Shown here: positions 28,401-37,090 of the stretch, one piece after another
Position numbering within the stretch: the stretch's first letter is position 1
Layout of the letters: each line of letters starts with the position of its first letter
Assembly (NCBI GenBank): GCA_045647805.1
Contig: JAZRMT010000146.1
Location: 24 to 64,023 of the forward strand
DNA: 64,000 nt
Direction of reading: 5' to 3'
DNA from: Eubacteriales bacterium
GTDB taxonomy: Bacteria; Bacillota; Clostridia; Oscillospirales; CAG-272
Notes under the pieces: model-generated
Databases searched by the model: none
Told to the model about the DNA's origin: nothing
What the model saw: the letters and a program-made list of their open reading frames with translations, nothing else
Position numbers and translations under genes: made by a program

Positions 28401-30126
28401 CGACGCATCCATTTACAGTGCGGCTATTTATAAGGAGTCATGCTCTGTATGTAAAGCAATTTCCGAATCTACCTTCACATACGGTTATCCTCTCGACGAT
28501 CCCTCGAAGCATAACTTCAGCAATAAGGACGAAGAGGGTAACATAACCAAGGACGAGATTATCCCGGACTATCTCACCTATAGCACAGGCGCAGGCAAAT
28601 GGGCTACGGTTCTTGAGGAGAAAGTAGGCGATGTTGTTAACTACTACCTGAATGTTGGTAAGGAAAACGCATCCGGAACCAACGCACTTACCTTCGGATA
28701 CGTTCCCGAAAGCGGCGAGGAGATCGCGGATAAGTACATCTACGAGTTTGACTTCAGATGGCAGAGCGCTGATCATCACGTTAGCGAAATACTCTACGTC
28801 AAGGCGGGTGTATATAACCCCAAGAAGACTGAAAAATCCACTTCCGGTACCTTCACCGCAAGCAAGGCGGGCGATTACGTATCCTATAACGGAGTTATTT
28901 TCTACACCGACGAATGGCACGCGATGAAGTATCTCTATTCGAGAAATTCCACCGATGACGGTTGGAATGCTACCGTATTTATCGACGGCAGACAGGTTCA
29001 GACATTCTCGATTATTGGCGATGGAATACCTTACGTTGACTACGAGACCAGATGGCCGAGAACGCAAAATAATACTTCTTATCCCAATAACGTTAACTTC
29101 GACATTGACAGACTTAAGGCTACCGCGGTTGCCACCAAGGGACACGAGCTTATCGAGCTTGTTGATTCGAGGTATCTTGCCTCCGGTGCGACCTGCGAAA
29201 AACCCACTACCTACTACAAGTCGTGTAAGTGGTGCGGTGAGGCTTCCGAAGAGACCTTCACAAGGGGAAACGTTTCCGGTCACAGCTTTGCAAACGTGCT
29301 TGAAGATAAGTATCTTGAGAGTGTAGCCGACTGTACAAATGCTGCGGTTTATTACAAGTCCTGTCAGATCTGCGGTGAAGCCTCCGATGAGACCTTTGTA
29401 TTCGGTGAAGCGCTCGGACATTCCGACGTAAAGACCGTTGTGACTGCGGCAACCAAGGAAACGGCAGAGGTATGCTACTTCACCTGTACCGTGTGCGGAC
29501 GTAAGACCGATAATCAGATCAACGGTGATCCTCTTTCCTGGACCTTTGATACCGATGCTATGCCTAGTGAGGGTATTTCCATCGGAGGATTTAAGGCGGG
29601 TGAGGATGTTCCGGAGACCGGTCTTTGGGCAAGAGTTCTCGAGGAAGAGGTTAGTGGCGTGACTAACTATTACCTTAACATCGGTAAGAAGGACAGCGGA
29701 GGTACTCACAACTTAACCTTCACTCCGGAGCTTGCTGATGGAGTAACGAAGGTTACGTATGAGATGAAGGTAAGATGGAACAGTGCAGATACGAAAAACG
29801 ACTCCGCAGTGCTCATCAAATTCATAAATCCCGATTATAATGGTTCCGAGGGATATATGCGCTGTGATATGATGAAAACCGGTTCGTCAAATACGAATAG
29901 GGCAACGCTCTATGGTGATACTTATTCTGCCGGTGTATGGAATACGCTCAGATATGAATTTACCATTAACGCTGACGGTTCGGTAACCTGCAATGCGTAT
30001 TTCAATGATAAAACAACCGAAACGTTTACGCTCACTCATATGTTCACAAAGCTTGTATTTGAGACCAGATATACCTTCAAGCAGCTAAATCTTGACGTAG
30101 ATAATATTTATATCGCTTACGAATAA
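22477..30126 (+). CDS. Giant secreted or signal-anchored protein B1 of the paralogous family. It has tandem beta-repeats, LamG-like modules, the conserved core with a Cys/His-rich insertion, DxDxDG loops and Cys3His repeat modules.
   Basis: ATG at 22477 follows GGAAGG. The N-terminal hydrophobic segment is IITASIALIATVMLVFSMFLW..TQA. Core motifs are LYDPDSGAFYFSVSGSENYGYLADIETTSQ, LQSNRDGYYYHPQWG..RRSRD, DGGFSY..SQGQPVA and GEGDVNGT. There is no LPXTG motif at the C-terminus. Confidence 0.93.
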   Translation: MVTQKIKTGLIGRAKIITASIALIATVMLVFSMFLWSDTQAENGSDVPVTSADLNADGVPYLQVIACNLNYKDYLHVAYGVDTNLVGGMDFAEIKMLFWSEPQSEYLLGTQKYVGEVNDPEGTAIMVGDVTYDDCAVFFSRGIAAKEIGDTLYARAYVTDSDGNIYYSNVVKHGVLDYVYSRYRDAELGGKVTDDQLYLYDNILRYGASAQIMFDYKTDRLVTSHGVRIDVVDGYMTDGFNSGAYIVGDTVTFVANMENEYGPFLYWKDSKGNTVSLNQSFSVTIDQNSTSEIYTAVYTGVTKVTVVGGTLEGGETFGSFLVGDNFTLVAEDRSSEKFVFSHWEDEKGNNVGSSMTLTLSATESDSKVYTSVYYAPSTVTVSGGTLDNGKISSSYAYGSDFTVTASDKSAEQLVFKHWRDEAGNVLGTGNTYTATVTESGADITVIAVYYAPTTVSVTDGTVNGSASVSVAYGDSYTLTANDRSGEKYVFSHWENGNGDVVSYDESLTLTNDNDGASLSYTAVYHAPATVSVTGGTVNGSASCIVAYGESYTVVADVPGGYLFDYWTKNGEKVDNEETFTAVAQAGETVSYVAVFRNNSGAGFDSLSGGALTAGTPVVSDGYNVTLSGSSDNFGAEITANPSDSTDNVLRLNDADTALGGGIAVNVLGDGSFLVFKTDIYFDSFSTNTVLQFLLGSEYKINFTAAESAALKLYDESKQSGYLDVYLRPDTWYEIKIVITTENGVNGKAPRAFVYIDDVCVAESYNVTETALYDSVTIYVLEGTTVDVYLDDIAAYRMDMSEEDEDQIIVSKVIETPSSSSSDRFQNAEILLDAEAVAALKEMDEALFSDNVYMWVARLYDPDSGAFYFSVSGSENYGYLADIETTSQASGVLNSLGIGTLTSLLNAEQKAKLLSWVQTLQSNRDGYYYHPQWGISIGDARRSRDYSYSSASFSASESLAFRLYNEANYRLSGGSSGTKGVTISTAYDNSKTVTLTAADYRLTSPLGISAAGAVSKVILASSTSGDSNVPVHMTSEEAFVGYINGKWNSGCKVAGVHERHLCDNECIHVADENDSYMKLENGKVKFIRGQRCTSCHVCKHSLGHSYGFASVIGTQNSQIKSLGLGDLLVMYYYDVQENVQASLRHKVELAYTGNDGEYAWGALSNVSQKAKADAVTTITEEAKALAKSDYNADNCAAGSDVFSDLDDAKKNELYRMAQAKLTFVADINANGSTIWAALSSEERADLKKQNQNGIWEEEVTYGTISGLLKACGTPGAHGYEFLYAEDAIQSAIDCALFSVYDFTVKNAQAVVSIYNPFNAINGVMGNIRNYGSDKTLVDKCMVLIRSQAAELIENTTGKLRGYLQPDGGFSYNYNGYCVTSQGQPVAISGWNNGIGEGDVNGTALAFGTRSALLSVMGVSVSAPFSGNNNYIVGGFDLNDDGDKTDEYDLDGDGISETFEATCTHSQRFQYTITTKAEIEKVDIFDSASADGTITFDNVDSFTGGTVVTETGSTNKVLEVVDSSSSSGKSVYIDSSAAESSDKNTCEVSFRMKVIASNATTSHQIFLDGSSSTTLRIDLIYSNSGKFTFKNVAASGSAMLMDKDSTSTELSVNATEWFEVDIVVDYAGFDVGGTTYYGTFEVTQGGVTKTAYLHDLSSTSTVTEMRLYSLNGAVNTVWYDDIKVVSNVMANVSDGEYHFDTTSQQMAGDDVLIQNPTTGSYDKVYLLNGGNTAFAAYNYSVDDYATNNVRYNFNSVQLGLLLKDAKAGDRIDLAMLDASGKKITGIYLVVSEYNGNKLVTFHAPNGEILEESIPRTITAADGTVSTTAQLREMILDVNMAKWMTIKLEYHYDMADPQFDIVVRYGDDTKDGYYTATAACLTGVDICDTGADAFNFANLSIKASGKIYIDDLYIRNVYDACDGEHVYIKKATKAFLTGDTENGHDVYYYSCQKCGAKSEQTFVVHQFERVVADEYKVSDASIYSAAIYKESCSVCKAISESTFTYGYPLDDPSKHNFSNKDEEGNITKDEIIPDYLTYSTGAGKWATVLEEKVGDVVNYYLNVGKENASGTNALTFGYVPESGEEIADKYIYEFDFRWQSADHHVSEILYVKAGVYNPKKTEKSTSGTFTASKAGDYVSYNGVIFYTDEWHAMKYLYSRNSTDDGWNATVFIDGRQVQTFSIIGDGIPYVDYETRWPRTQNNTSYPNNVNFDIDRLKATAVATKGHELIELVDSRYLASGATCEKPTTYYKSCKWCGEASEETFTRGNVSGHSFANVLEDKYLESVADCTNAAVYYKSCQICGEASDETFVFGEALGHSDVKTVVTAATKETAEVCYFTCTVCGRKTDNQINGDPLSWTFDTDAMPSEGISIGGFKAGEDVPETGLWARVLEEEVSGVTNYYLNIGKKDSGGTHNLTFTPELADGVTKVTYEMKVRWNSADTKNDSAVLIKFINPDYNGSEGYMRCDMMKTGSSNTNRATLYGDTYSAGVWNTLRYEFTINADGSVTCNAYFNDKTTETFTLTHMFTKLVFETRYTFKQLNLDVDNIYIAYE
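23149..24261 (+). repeat. About five to six tandem protein repeats of roughly 75 aa inside B1, resembling Listeria-Bacteroides (Flg_new-type) beta repeats
   Basis: The recurring pattern is V.V.GG..NG......YG...T..A.......F.HW....GN.V......T......D....AVY. B2 has only about one such unit. Confidence 0.7.
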
Positions 30127-30166
30127 GAATTTGGCTGATAAGAATTTTGCAAAATATCTTTTTCAC

Positions 30167-30197
30167 GGCTCGGGCGAGAAATCGCCCGAGCTTTTTG
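30167..30197 (+). terminator. Rho-independent terminator of B1
   Basis: GGCTCGGGCGA pairs with TCGCCCGAGC and is followed by TTTTT. Confidence 0.85.
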
Positions 30198-30290
30198 TAT
30201 ATTTTTTATAAAAATTAACTTTTTCTATTGCAAAATAATGGTATATATATTAAAATAAAGATACTAAACAGTAAAAAGGGGCAAATACCT

Positions 30291-33200
30291 ATGGTTATAT
30301 CGACTTTGAATTGGAAAGGGCGATGCCGAACGCTGATTACTGCTATTACAGTACTTATGTTGGCGGTAATTATGGTGTTTATGCTTTCGGTGAACGCTAA
30401 GGCGGAGTCTTCCGAGGATTTGGACGGTTCGAAGTCTGAATCGACATCCTTGGAGGAGGCAGTTCTTGATATTTTCGCCTCTAATTTAAGCTACGACGCA
30501 TCGGTTCATATTATTTTTGCGGTCGATGCACAGCTTCCCGAGGGAGTGGCTCTTTCTGATGTAAAAATGCTCTTTTCTGCAACCGAGGGGGCAGATCTTA
30601 ACGTAGACAATGCCGATTATTCGGTAGGAGTCTGTTCTGCCTTTGGCTCGTCCTTGACGGTGGGCGGAGTTCTTTACGATAATGCGGTGATTTTCAGAAG
30701 CAATGGGATTTCTCCCGAAAAATACGGTGACACCGTTTTTTCCAGAGCGGCTGTCAGTGATGCCGAGGGGAACGTTTTTTACAGTGAGACCGTAAAATTC
30801 GGCGTTCTTGATTACGTTTATTCGAGATACCGTGATAAGGATATCGGTACGGGAGTTACCGACGAGCAGATGGAGCTTTACAAGGCTCTTCTTGAATACG
30901 GTGCAGATGCTCAGCTTGCCAATGAGTACAGAGAGGACAGACTTGTGACCTCTCACGGAATAAGGGTAGAGACCGAGAACGGAATTCTTGAGGACGGATT
31001 CAGCTACGGTACCTTCCTTCTCGGAGACACCGTCGCCCTAACTCCCCACCTTTCGTCTTATAAGGCGGGATTTGGTTCCTGGAATAATTCTTCGGGCGTT
31101 GCTTCTACCGAGCGTAATTTCAGCTTTACCGTCACGGAGAGCAGCGTGAGCGATACCTATTATGCTTCTTATCTTAAGGCAAGTTTTGACGGACTTAGTG
31201 TCGGGGCGGTACCCGTAGGCTCGGAAAATCCCTTATCCGACGGTGGTTTTTCGATGTCCGTGGACGGTGTGACCGAGCTGTTCGGCGCAGAGATAGTAGA
31301 ATATACTGACGGAAACAAGGTTCTTAAGCTTTGCGATAACGATTCGAATTACGGAGATGGCGTAAGGATCGAGGTTCAGGGAAGCGGTGATTATCTTGTT
31401 CTCGGTCTTGACGTTTACCTTGAGGAGTTTTCGACCGGAACGCCACTTCAGCTAAAGCTCGGCGGATATATGCTTCAATTTGGTGCTATTGAGGATGAGG
31501 CACTCAAAATATATGACGTTGGCTCGGCTACGGGATATCTTGATAAATATCTAAGAGCCGGAAAATGGTATAATCTCAGGCTCGTTATTGCGGATGTCTC
31601 CTCCGAGGAAGGAAGGAGAGCATATCTCTTCATTGACGGAGAGTGCGTGGCTAAGAGCTTGAATATTTCCGAATCGGAGATATCTGACAGCCTTCTTATA
31701 TACGGACTTAAATCCTCTACGGTTAATGCTTACTTTGATAATATTGAGCTTTACAGAACCGGTATTCCTGAGGAGATAGAGACCGCCTTCGCTCCCGAAA
31801 GGGTGTTCGAGGTAACTCAATCTGCTTCAAACGACCGTTTCCAGAATGCCGAGATACTTCTTGATGAAGACGCACTGCTGGCACTTAAGGAAATGGATGC
31901 TCAGCTCTTCTCAGAGGATATTTATCTCTGGATAGCCAATCTGTACGATCCCGAGACCTCGGCACTCTACTTCTCAATAAGCGGAAGGGATGCCTACGGA
32001 TATTTACCCGATATTGAGACGGTTTCACAGGGCTACGGAATTCTTTCCACCCTCGGACTAGGAGGTAATACCGCGGTTCTTAATGATGAGCAGAAGGCAA
32101 ATCTGACTGCATGGATACAAACTCTTCAGTCTAACCGTGACGGCTACTATTATCATCCACATTGGGGCGTTTCTATCGGTAATTCCAGACTTTCGAGAGA
32201 CCTTGGCAACTCCTCCAGCTCATATTCGGCATCGGGAAGCCTTGCATACCGACTTTTTGACGATGCTAACTACCGACTTTCGGGTGGAAGCTCGGGATAC
32301 AAGGGTACAACCACCCCTTCTACTTATGACAACAGTCTGACAAGTAGGCTGAGAAGGTCGGCTGTCGTTGCGGTTTCCAAGGTGCTTCTCACCTCGGAAA
32401 ATAATAATTCCTCAATGCCCGTTCATCTTCGCAGTGAGGAAAACCTTATCAGGTACCTTAACGAATATTGGAACAGTACTTGTGCGGTTGAGGGTACTCA
32501 CGAAAGACACTTTTGCACGGACGACTGCGTTATTTTTGAGGATCCCTCGGATTCATATATGAAGATAGAGGATGGCGAGCTTGTGATATTCCGCGGTTAT
32601 CGCTGTACCTCCTGCCACGTTTGCAGTCATACCTTGGGACACTCCTACTCCTTTGGACATCACTTTACCAGTATGGGCGCTCAGGTAAGATCGGCAGGGC
32701 TCGGTACACCTCTTGTTATGTACTTCCGTGATATTCAGGAGAACGTTCAGGCATCGCTTAGAGATAAGGCACAGGCGGCTTATATAGAAGAATACGGCAA
32801 GGATGCGTGGGATGCGCTTTGCACAGAGGAGCAGACGGCGATCCGCAAGGCTGCGGAGAACGGCATCTGGGAGGAAGAGGTCACATATGGCACTATCTCG
32901 GGACTTCTTAAGATCTCGGGAATTCCCGGTGCTCACGGCTATGAGTTCCTTTATGCTGAGGCGGCAATAGGCAGTGCTCTCAAGTGTGCTCTTTTCACCG
33001 TTGAAAACTTTGTAAGCACCGGTCAGGCAATCGTTTCAATTTATAATCCATTCAATGCCATGAACGGTATTATGAATAACGTAAATAATTACGGCACCGA
33101 TAAGGAAGTGCAAACCAGAGCGAGAGCTCTTATCCGCAGTCATGCAGAGGAGCTTATCGTAAATACTATGGGTAAGCTTGAGGGATATCTTATGCCCGAC

Positions 33201-36200
33201 GGAGGGTATTCCTACAATTACTCGGGTTACTGTGCTAATTCTCAGGGACAGCCTGTTGCTATTGAAGGCTCGAGGGAGGGCGACGTTAACGGAACTGCTC
33301 TTGCGCTGGGAACGAGAAGCGCGCTTCTGTCCTGTCTCGGCGTATCGGTATCTGCACCCTTCGGAAGTGTTGATGCTGAGATCGAGGGTGGCTTCGACCT
33401 TAACGGTGACGGAGATACAGAGGATGAATTTGACCTTAACGGTGACGGTGTTGCAGATGCTTTTGAGACAGGCTGTACTCATAATATGCGTTTTCGCTAC
33501 ATCATTACTAATAAGGGCGAGATAGAGAAGCTCGACCACACTGCGCAAAAATACGTTTACTCATTCGATGAGGGAACGCTTATTCCTAATGGCGGTGAGG
33601 TGATCGAAGAGGACGGCAACAAGGTATTCAAGGTGGTTGACAACTCGGGAGACGGTGGACATTCTGTTACCTTCAACTCGAACAGTATTATTGACGAGGA
33701 CAGAAATATCAGAATGACACTTGATATGAAGGTCATCTCCAGTAACAATACTATCTCTCATCAGATATTCGTTGATTCCGGCGTGCTCAGGATAGATATG
33801 AATTATAAAAACGGCAAGTTTACATTTAAAAATGTAACTCAAACCTATAACGATCTTGTTGATGAGTCGGGAGCTGCATTGTCGATAAATGCAAACCAGT
33901 GGTTTACAATTGATGTAGATGTTCGTCCTGAAGGAATAGAAGTCAATGGGGAAACCGTGTACGGATATTTTACGGTGAAGCAGGGGGATGCAGCTCAGAC
34001 GGCAATTCTTACCGAGCTTGCGGGTTACAACAAGAATGCGATGGCTTTCCGTATGTATTCGCTTATAAGTGCGAAGAACGTGGTCTACTACGATAACGTT
34101 TCGATATCTAACGGGGTTAAGCCCGGTGTGCATGACGGCGAATATCATTTCGATACGGTTGAACAGAAGATAGCCGACGAAAACACTCTTGTTAAGTCTC
34201 CTACCTTTGATCACGATACCGTATATCTTCTCAACTCGGGCAGTGTCGATTTTGCCGCCTACGATTACAATACGTCTGCGGTAATTTACAACTTTGACAG
34301 TGTTCAGGCAAATCTTTTGCTTTCGGATGCCAACATGGGAGATAGAGTTGATCTCATTCTCCTTGACGGAGAGGGAAGAGCGATCACGGGTGCTTATCTT
34401 ATCGTGACGGATGAAGGCGAGCTCAGCTTCTTTGCACCTAACGGTCAGCTGCTTACAGAGCGTATTCCGAGAGAAGAGATCTACGCGGGCGGTAGCTCTG
34501 CAAGGGTGACGAAAGAACGAGATATGGTTCTTTCTGTCGATCTTTCTGATTGGATACTTGTCAAGCTTGAGTATCATCACGATATGGAATCTCCCCAGCT
34601 TGATATAGTTATTAAATATGCCGATAATCTTAAGAAAGGCTACAAGACGACTACTGCGGCGACACTTACCGGTGTTGACGTGTTGGATATAGGAGCGGAT
34701 CCTTACGATTTCTCGACGCTTAATGTGAATTCTGTCGGAAGGATTTATCTTGACGACCTATATATAAGAAACGTGTTCGACGGTTGCAGCGGAGAGCATG
34801 AATTTATAGAGAAGATCGCCTCAAGCAATCTTAAGGGGATTGATTCCTTCGGACACAAGGAGTATTACCTTTCCTGCCGTAATTGCGGTCACAAGAGTAC
34901 GGAGATCTTTGTCATTCACTCTTACGAGAGAATTGTTAAGGATAGCTTCAAGCTTTCCGATGCAAGTATCAGCAGTGCGGCTGTTTACGGTGAATCCTGC
35001 AGTATGTGCGGTGAGTTCTCAGGTAAGACCTTCCTTTACGGTCTGCCTCTTGAGGATCCCACCAAATACAACTTTACCGATGCCGACGGAGCAGAGTCGG
35101 AAATACCCAATTATCTCAGCATCGTTACCGGTAAGGGAAAGACTGCAACGGTGATGAGCGAGACGATTGATGGCGTTGTAAATTACTACTTAAGATTGGC
35201 AAAGAAAAAAGGCGAGTCATCCCATTCTGCGACCTTCCGTTATCAGCGAGAATCCGGGGAAGCTCTTGCGGATAAGTATGTTTACGAATTCGATTTCAGA
35301 TGGATCGGTGCATCCGATATGATGAATAACCGTCAGGTAATTCTCGTTAAGATGGCCGCGGGCGGAAGTTCGGTTTGCCCTAATTCCTATATTGCCGATT
35401 CGACAGGTACAACGGTCTCCTACGCAGGAGTAAACATGCATTCGGGCGAGTGGCACGCAATGAAGTATCTATTTGTGAGAAATGAGACGAACAACGGCTG
35501 GAACGGTACCGCCTTCTGCGACGGCAAGAAGCTCTACACCTTCAATGTATCAGGCAACGACGTTCCATACGTTGATTACGAGACAAGATGGACTCTTAAG
35601 GAGAACGGAGTTACCAAGCATTCCGACCTCGAGCTTGATATGGATAGGCTTAAGGTTACTGCCGTAGCCGAGAAGGGACACGTCTTCGCTGAGACTGTTA
35701 CCGAAAGCAATCTTATCTCTGAGGCTAACTGCCTATCTCCTGCGGTATACGGTAAGATCTGTACCTTATGCGGAGAGATATCCGATACCGAGACCTTCAC
35801 GGTAGGGGAGAAGGGAGCTCACGACTTCGGTAACGTTATTGCGGATAAGTTTAAGGTATGCGATGCCGATTGCGATACGGCGGTGACCTATTACCGATCT
35901 TGCAAGGTTTGTAACGAGACGACCGATCAGCTCTTCACTGTCGGAGAGCCTCTCGGACACAGCCTGACAAAGTATACCGTTTCCGAGGCGACGAAATACG
36001 CAGCGGAGATTTGCTACTTTGAGTGCGATAGCTGCGATTATGCTACCGAGCCCGCCTCCTATGGAGACCCTCTTGGCTGTATATTCGGAGCGGATAAGGC
36101 TCTTCCGGCAACGGTGAGTGTTGAAGGCTTCACAAGTGAGCCTCTCACCGAGGGAATCTGGGCTTCGGTGCTTTCTGAACAGGTCGGTGAGGTGACGAAT

Positions 36201-36710
36201 TATTATCTGAACGTTCAGAAAAAATCGAATACGTCTACACATGATCTGACCTTTGCTTCAACCGAGGCGGGTGGACAAAGCTATGTTTACGAATTCGATT
36301 TCAGGTGGCATTACTCAGATAGAATGAGGGGATCTGTTCCGATTATTGTGAAGCTGAAGCAGGGGGCAAGTGAGAGAAAGTCCATAAGCCTTACTGCAAA
36401 GGCTGACGGAAGCGAGCTTTATCACAACGGAGTAACCTTTAAGTCGGGCGAGTGGCACACCGTAAGATACGAGTTTACAAAGAAAGCCGACGGTACGGGG
36501 TGGGATTGCGTGCTCAGCATCGACGGCACCCGTGTCTTGAGCGAGGGCTTTACGGGTACAGAAGCGGTACCTAAGGTGGTCTATGAGACCAGATACGGCC
36601 AGTATCAGGAAGTAGATACCGACGGAGACGGTGTAAATGACTCCAAGGAGATCAAGAACTGCACCGATATAAGTTTCGATATTGATAACGTATATATAAA
36701 GAAAGACTGA
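30291..36710 (+). CDS. Giant secreted protein B2, paralogue of B1
   Basis: ATG at 30291 follows AAAAGGGG. The signal peptide is TLITAITVLMLAVIMVFMLSVNAKA-ES. It is collinear with B1 but has fewer beta repeats. Core motifs are LYDPETSALYFSISGRDAYGYLPDIETVSQ, LQSNRDGYYYHPHWG..RLSRD, DGGYSY..SQGQPVA and REGDVNGT. Confidence 0.93.
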   Translation: MVISTLNWKGRCRTLITAITVLMLAVIMVFMLSVNAKAESSEDLDGSKSESTSLEEAVLDIFASNLSYDASVHIIFAVDAQLPEGVALSDVKMLFSATEGADLNVDNADYSVGVCSAFGSSLTVGGVLYDNAVIFRSNGISPEKYGDTVFSRAAVSDAEGNVFYSETVKFGVLDYVYSRYRDKDIGTGVTDEQMELYKALLEYGADAQLANEYREDRLVTSHGIRVETENGILEDGFSYGTFLLGDTVALTPHLSSYKAGFGSWNNSSGVASTERNFSFTVTESSVSDTYYASYLKASFDGLSVGAVPVGSENPLSDGGFSMSVDGVTELFGAEIVEYTDGNKVLKLCDNDSNYGDGVRIEVQGSGDYLVLGLDVYLEEFSTGTPLQLKLGGYMLQFGAIEDEALKIYDVGSATGYLDKYLRAGKWYNLRLVIADVSSEEGRRAYLFIDGECVAKSLNISESEISDSLLIYGLKSSTVNAYFDNIELYRTGIPEEIETAFAPERVFEVTQSASNDRFQNAEILLDEDALLALKEMDAQLFSEDIYLWIANLYDPETSALYFSISGRDAYGYLPDIETVSQGYGILSTLGLGGNTAVLNDEQKANLTAWIQTLQSNRDGYYYHPHWGVSIGNSRLSRDLGNSSSSYSASGSLAYRLFDDANYRLSGGSSGYKGTTTPSTYDNSLTSRLRRSAVVAVSKVLLTSENNNSSMPVHLRSEENLIRYLNEYWNSTCAVEGTHERHFCTDDCVIFEDPSDSYMKIEDGELVIFRGYRCTSCHVCSHTLGHSYSFGHHFTSMGAQVRSAGLGTPLVMYFRDIQENVQASLRDKAQAAYIEEYGKDAWDALCTEEQTAIRKAAENGIWEEEVTYGTISGLLKISGIPGAHGYEFLYAEAAIGSALKCALFTVENFVSTGQAIVSIYNPFNAMNGIMNNVNNYGTDKEVQTRARALIRSHAEELIVNTMGKLEGYLMPDGGYSYNYSGYCANSQGQPVAIEGSREGDVNGTALALGTRSALLSCLGVSVSAPFGSVDAEIEGGFDLNGDGDTEDEFDLNGDGVADAFETGCTHNMRFRYIITNKGEIEKLDHTAQKYVYSFDEGTLIPNGGEVIEEDGNKVFKVVDNSGDGGHSVTFNSNSIIDEDRNIRMTLDMKVISSNNTISHQIFVDSGVLRIDMNYKNGKFTFKNVTQTYNDLVDESGAALSINANQWFTIDVDVRPEGIEVNGETVYGYFTVKQGDAAQTAILTELAGYNKNAMAFRMYSLISAKNVVYYDNVSISNGVKPGVHDGEYHFDTVEQKIADENTLVKSPTFDHDTVYLLNSGSVDFAAYDYNTSAVIYNFDSVQANLLLSDANMGDRVDLILLDGEGRAITGAYLIVTDEGELSFFAPNGQLLTERIPREEIYAGGSSARVTKERDMVLSVDLSDWILVKLEYHHDMESPQLDIVIKYADNLKKGYKTTTAATLTGVDVLDIGADPYDFSTLNVNSVGRIYLDDLYIRNVFDGCSGEHEFIEKIASSNLKGIDSFGHKEYYLSCRNCGHKSTEIFVIHSYERIVKDSFKLSDASISSAAVYGESCSMCGEFSGKTFLYGLPLEDPTKYNFTDADGAESEIPNYLSIVTGKGKTATVMSETIDGVVNYYLRLAKKKGESSHSATFRYQRESGEALADKYVYEFDFRWIGASDMMNNRQVILVKMAAGGSSVCPNSYIADSTGTTVSYAGVNMHSGEWHAMKYLFVRNETNNGWNGTAFCDGKKLYTFNVSGNDVPYVDYETRWTLKENGVTKHSDLELDMDRLKVTAVAEKGHVFAETVTESNLISEANCLSPAVYGKICTLCGEISDTETFTVGEKGAHDFGNVIADKFKVCDADCDTAVTYYRSCKVCNETTDQLFTVGEPLGHSLTKYTVSEATKYAAEICYFECDSCDYATEPASYGDPLGCIFGADKALPATVSVEGFTSEPLTEGIWASVLSEQVGEVTNYYLNVQKKSNTSTHDLTFASTEAGGQSYVYEFDFRWHYSDRMRGSVPIIVKLKQGASERKSISLTAKADGSELYHNGVTFKSGEWHTVRYEFTKKADGTGWDCVLSIDGTRVLSEGFTGTEAVPKVVYETRYGQYQEVDTDGDGVNDSKEIKNCTDISFDIDNVYIKKD

Positions 36711-36719
36711 TTTTGGCTA

Positions 36720-36756
36720 AATGCGGCTTGGATTTTACCGAGCCGCATTTTTTTCT
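36720..36756 (+). terminator. Rho-independent terminator of B2
   Basis: ATGCGGCT pairs with AGCCGCAT and is followed by TTTTTTT. Confidence 0.8.
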
Positions 36757-36792
36757 TGCTTTGTTCCTATTATTAAAAAAATAAAAAATATC

Positions 36793-36821
36793 TTGACAAA
36801 ATCCACGCCGTATGATACAAT
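36793..36821 (+). promoter_or_regulatory. Promoter of the met leader (TTGACA-17 nt-TACAAT)
   Basis: TTGACA at 36793-36798 and TACAAT at 36816-36821. Confidence 0.6.
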
Positions 36822-36827
36822 TTATTC

Positions 36828-37090
36828 AAAGCAATGACGAAGAGGGAACCGAAGGAATACTCAAAGAGAGCCGCGGCAGGTGAGAGGCGGCAGTAGGGTG
36901 TCGGATTCTTATGGCTTCCGAGCAGGTCGGGCGAACGCTTTTGCGATAGGTCGGCACGCAGGCGCAGCGTTATCGGCGCAGGGCTTAGTATGAGCCTCGG
37001 AGTGGCACATTGTTTGTGCAAATTGAGTGGTACCGCGGATGTGTTTTGTCATTCGTCTCATTTCTTGGGACGGGTGGCTTTTTTTGTTTT
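36828..37090 (+). promoter_or_regulatory. T-box leader (tRNA-sensing riboswitch), probably methionine-specific, with a terminator
   Basis: Stem I elements are AGAGAG (36865-36870), GGTGAGA (36879-36885) and CAGTA. A candidate AUG specifier lies at 36911-36913 (UUCUUAUGGC). The conserved T-box sequence AAATTGAGTGGTACCGCGG is at 37020-37038. A terminator hairpin, GTCATTCGTC pairing with GACGGGTGGC by GU-containing pairs, is followed by TTTTTTT. The element sits upstream of metY-metA. Confidence 0.75.

Noticed and set aside
27181-29709. Long antisense ORFs 27181-28365 (-) and 28438-29709 (-) inside B1. Similar cases are 23314-24228, 33561-34580, 43303-44625, 53257-54003 and 54151-55026.
   Set aside because: They are entirely contained in much longer sense ORFs that have family-wide conservation. 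They lack RBS-like sequences, and their composition is typical of antisense frames.
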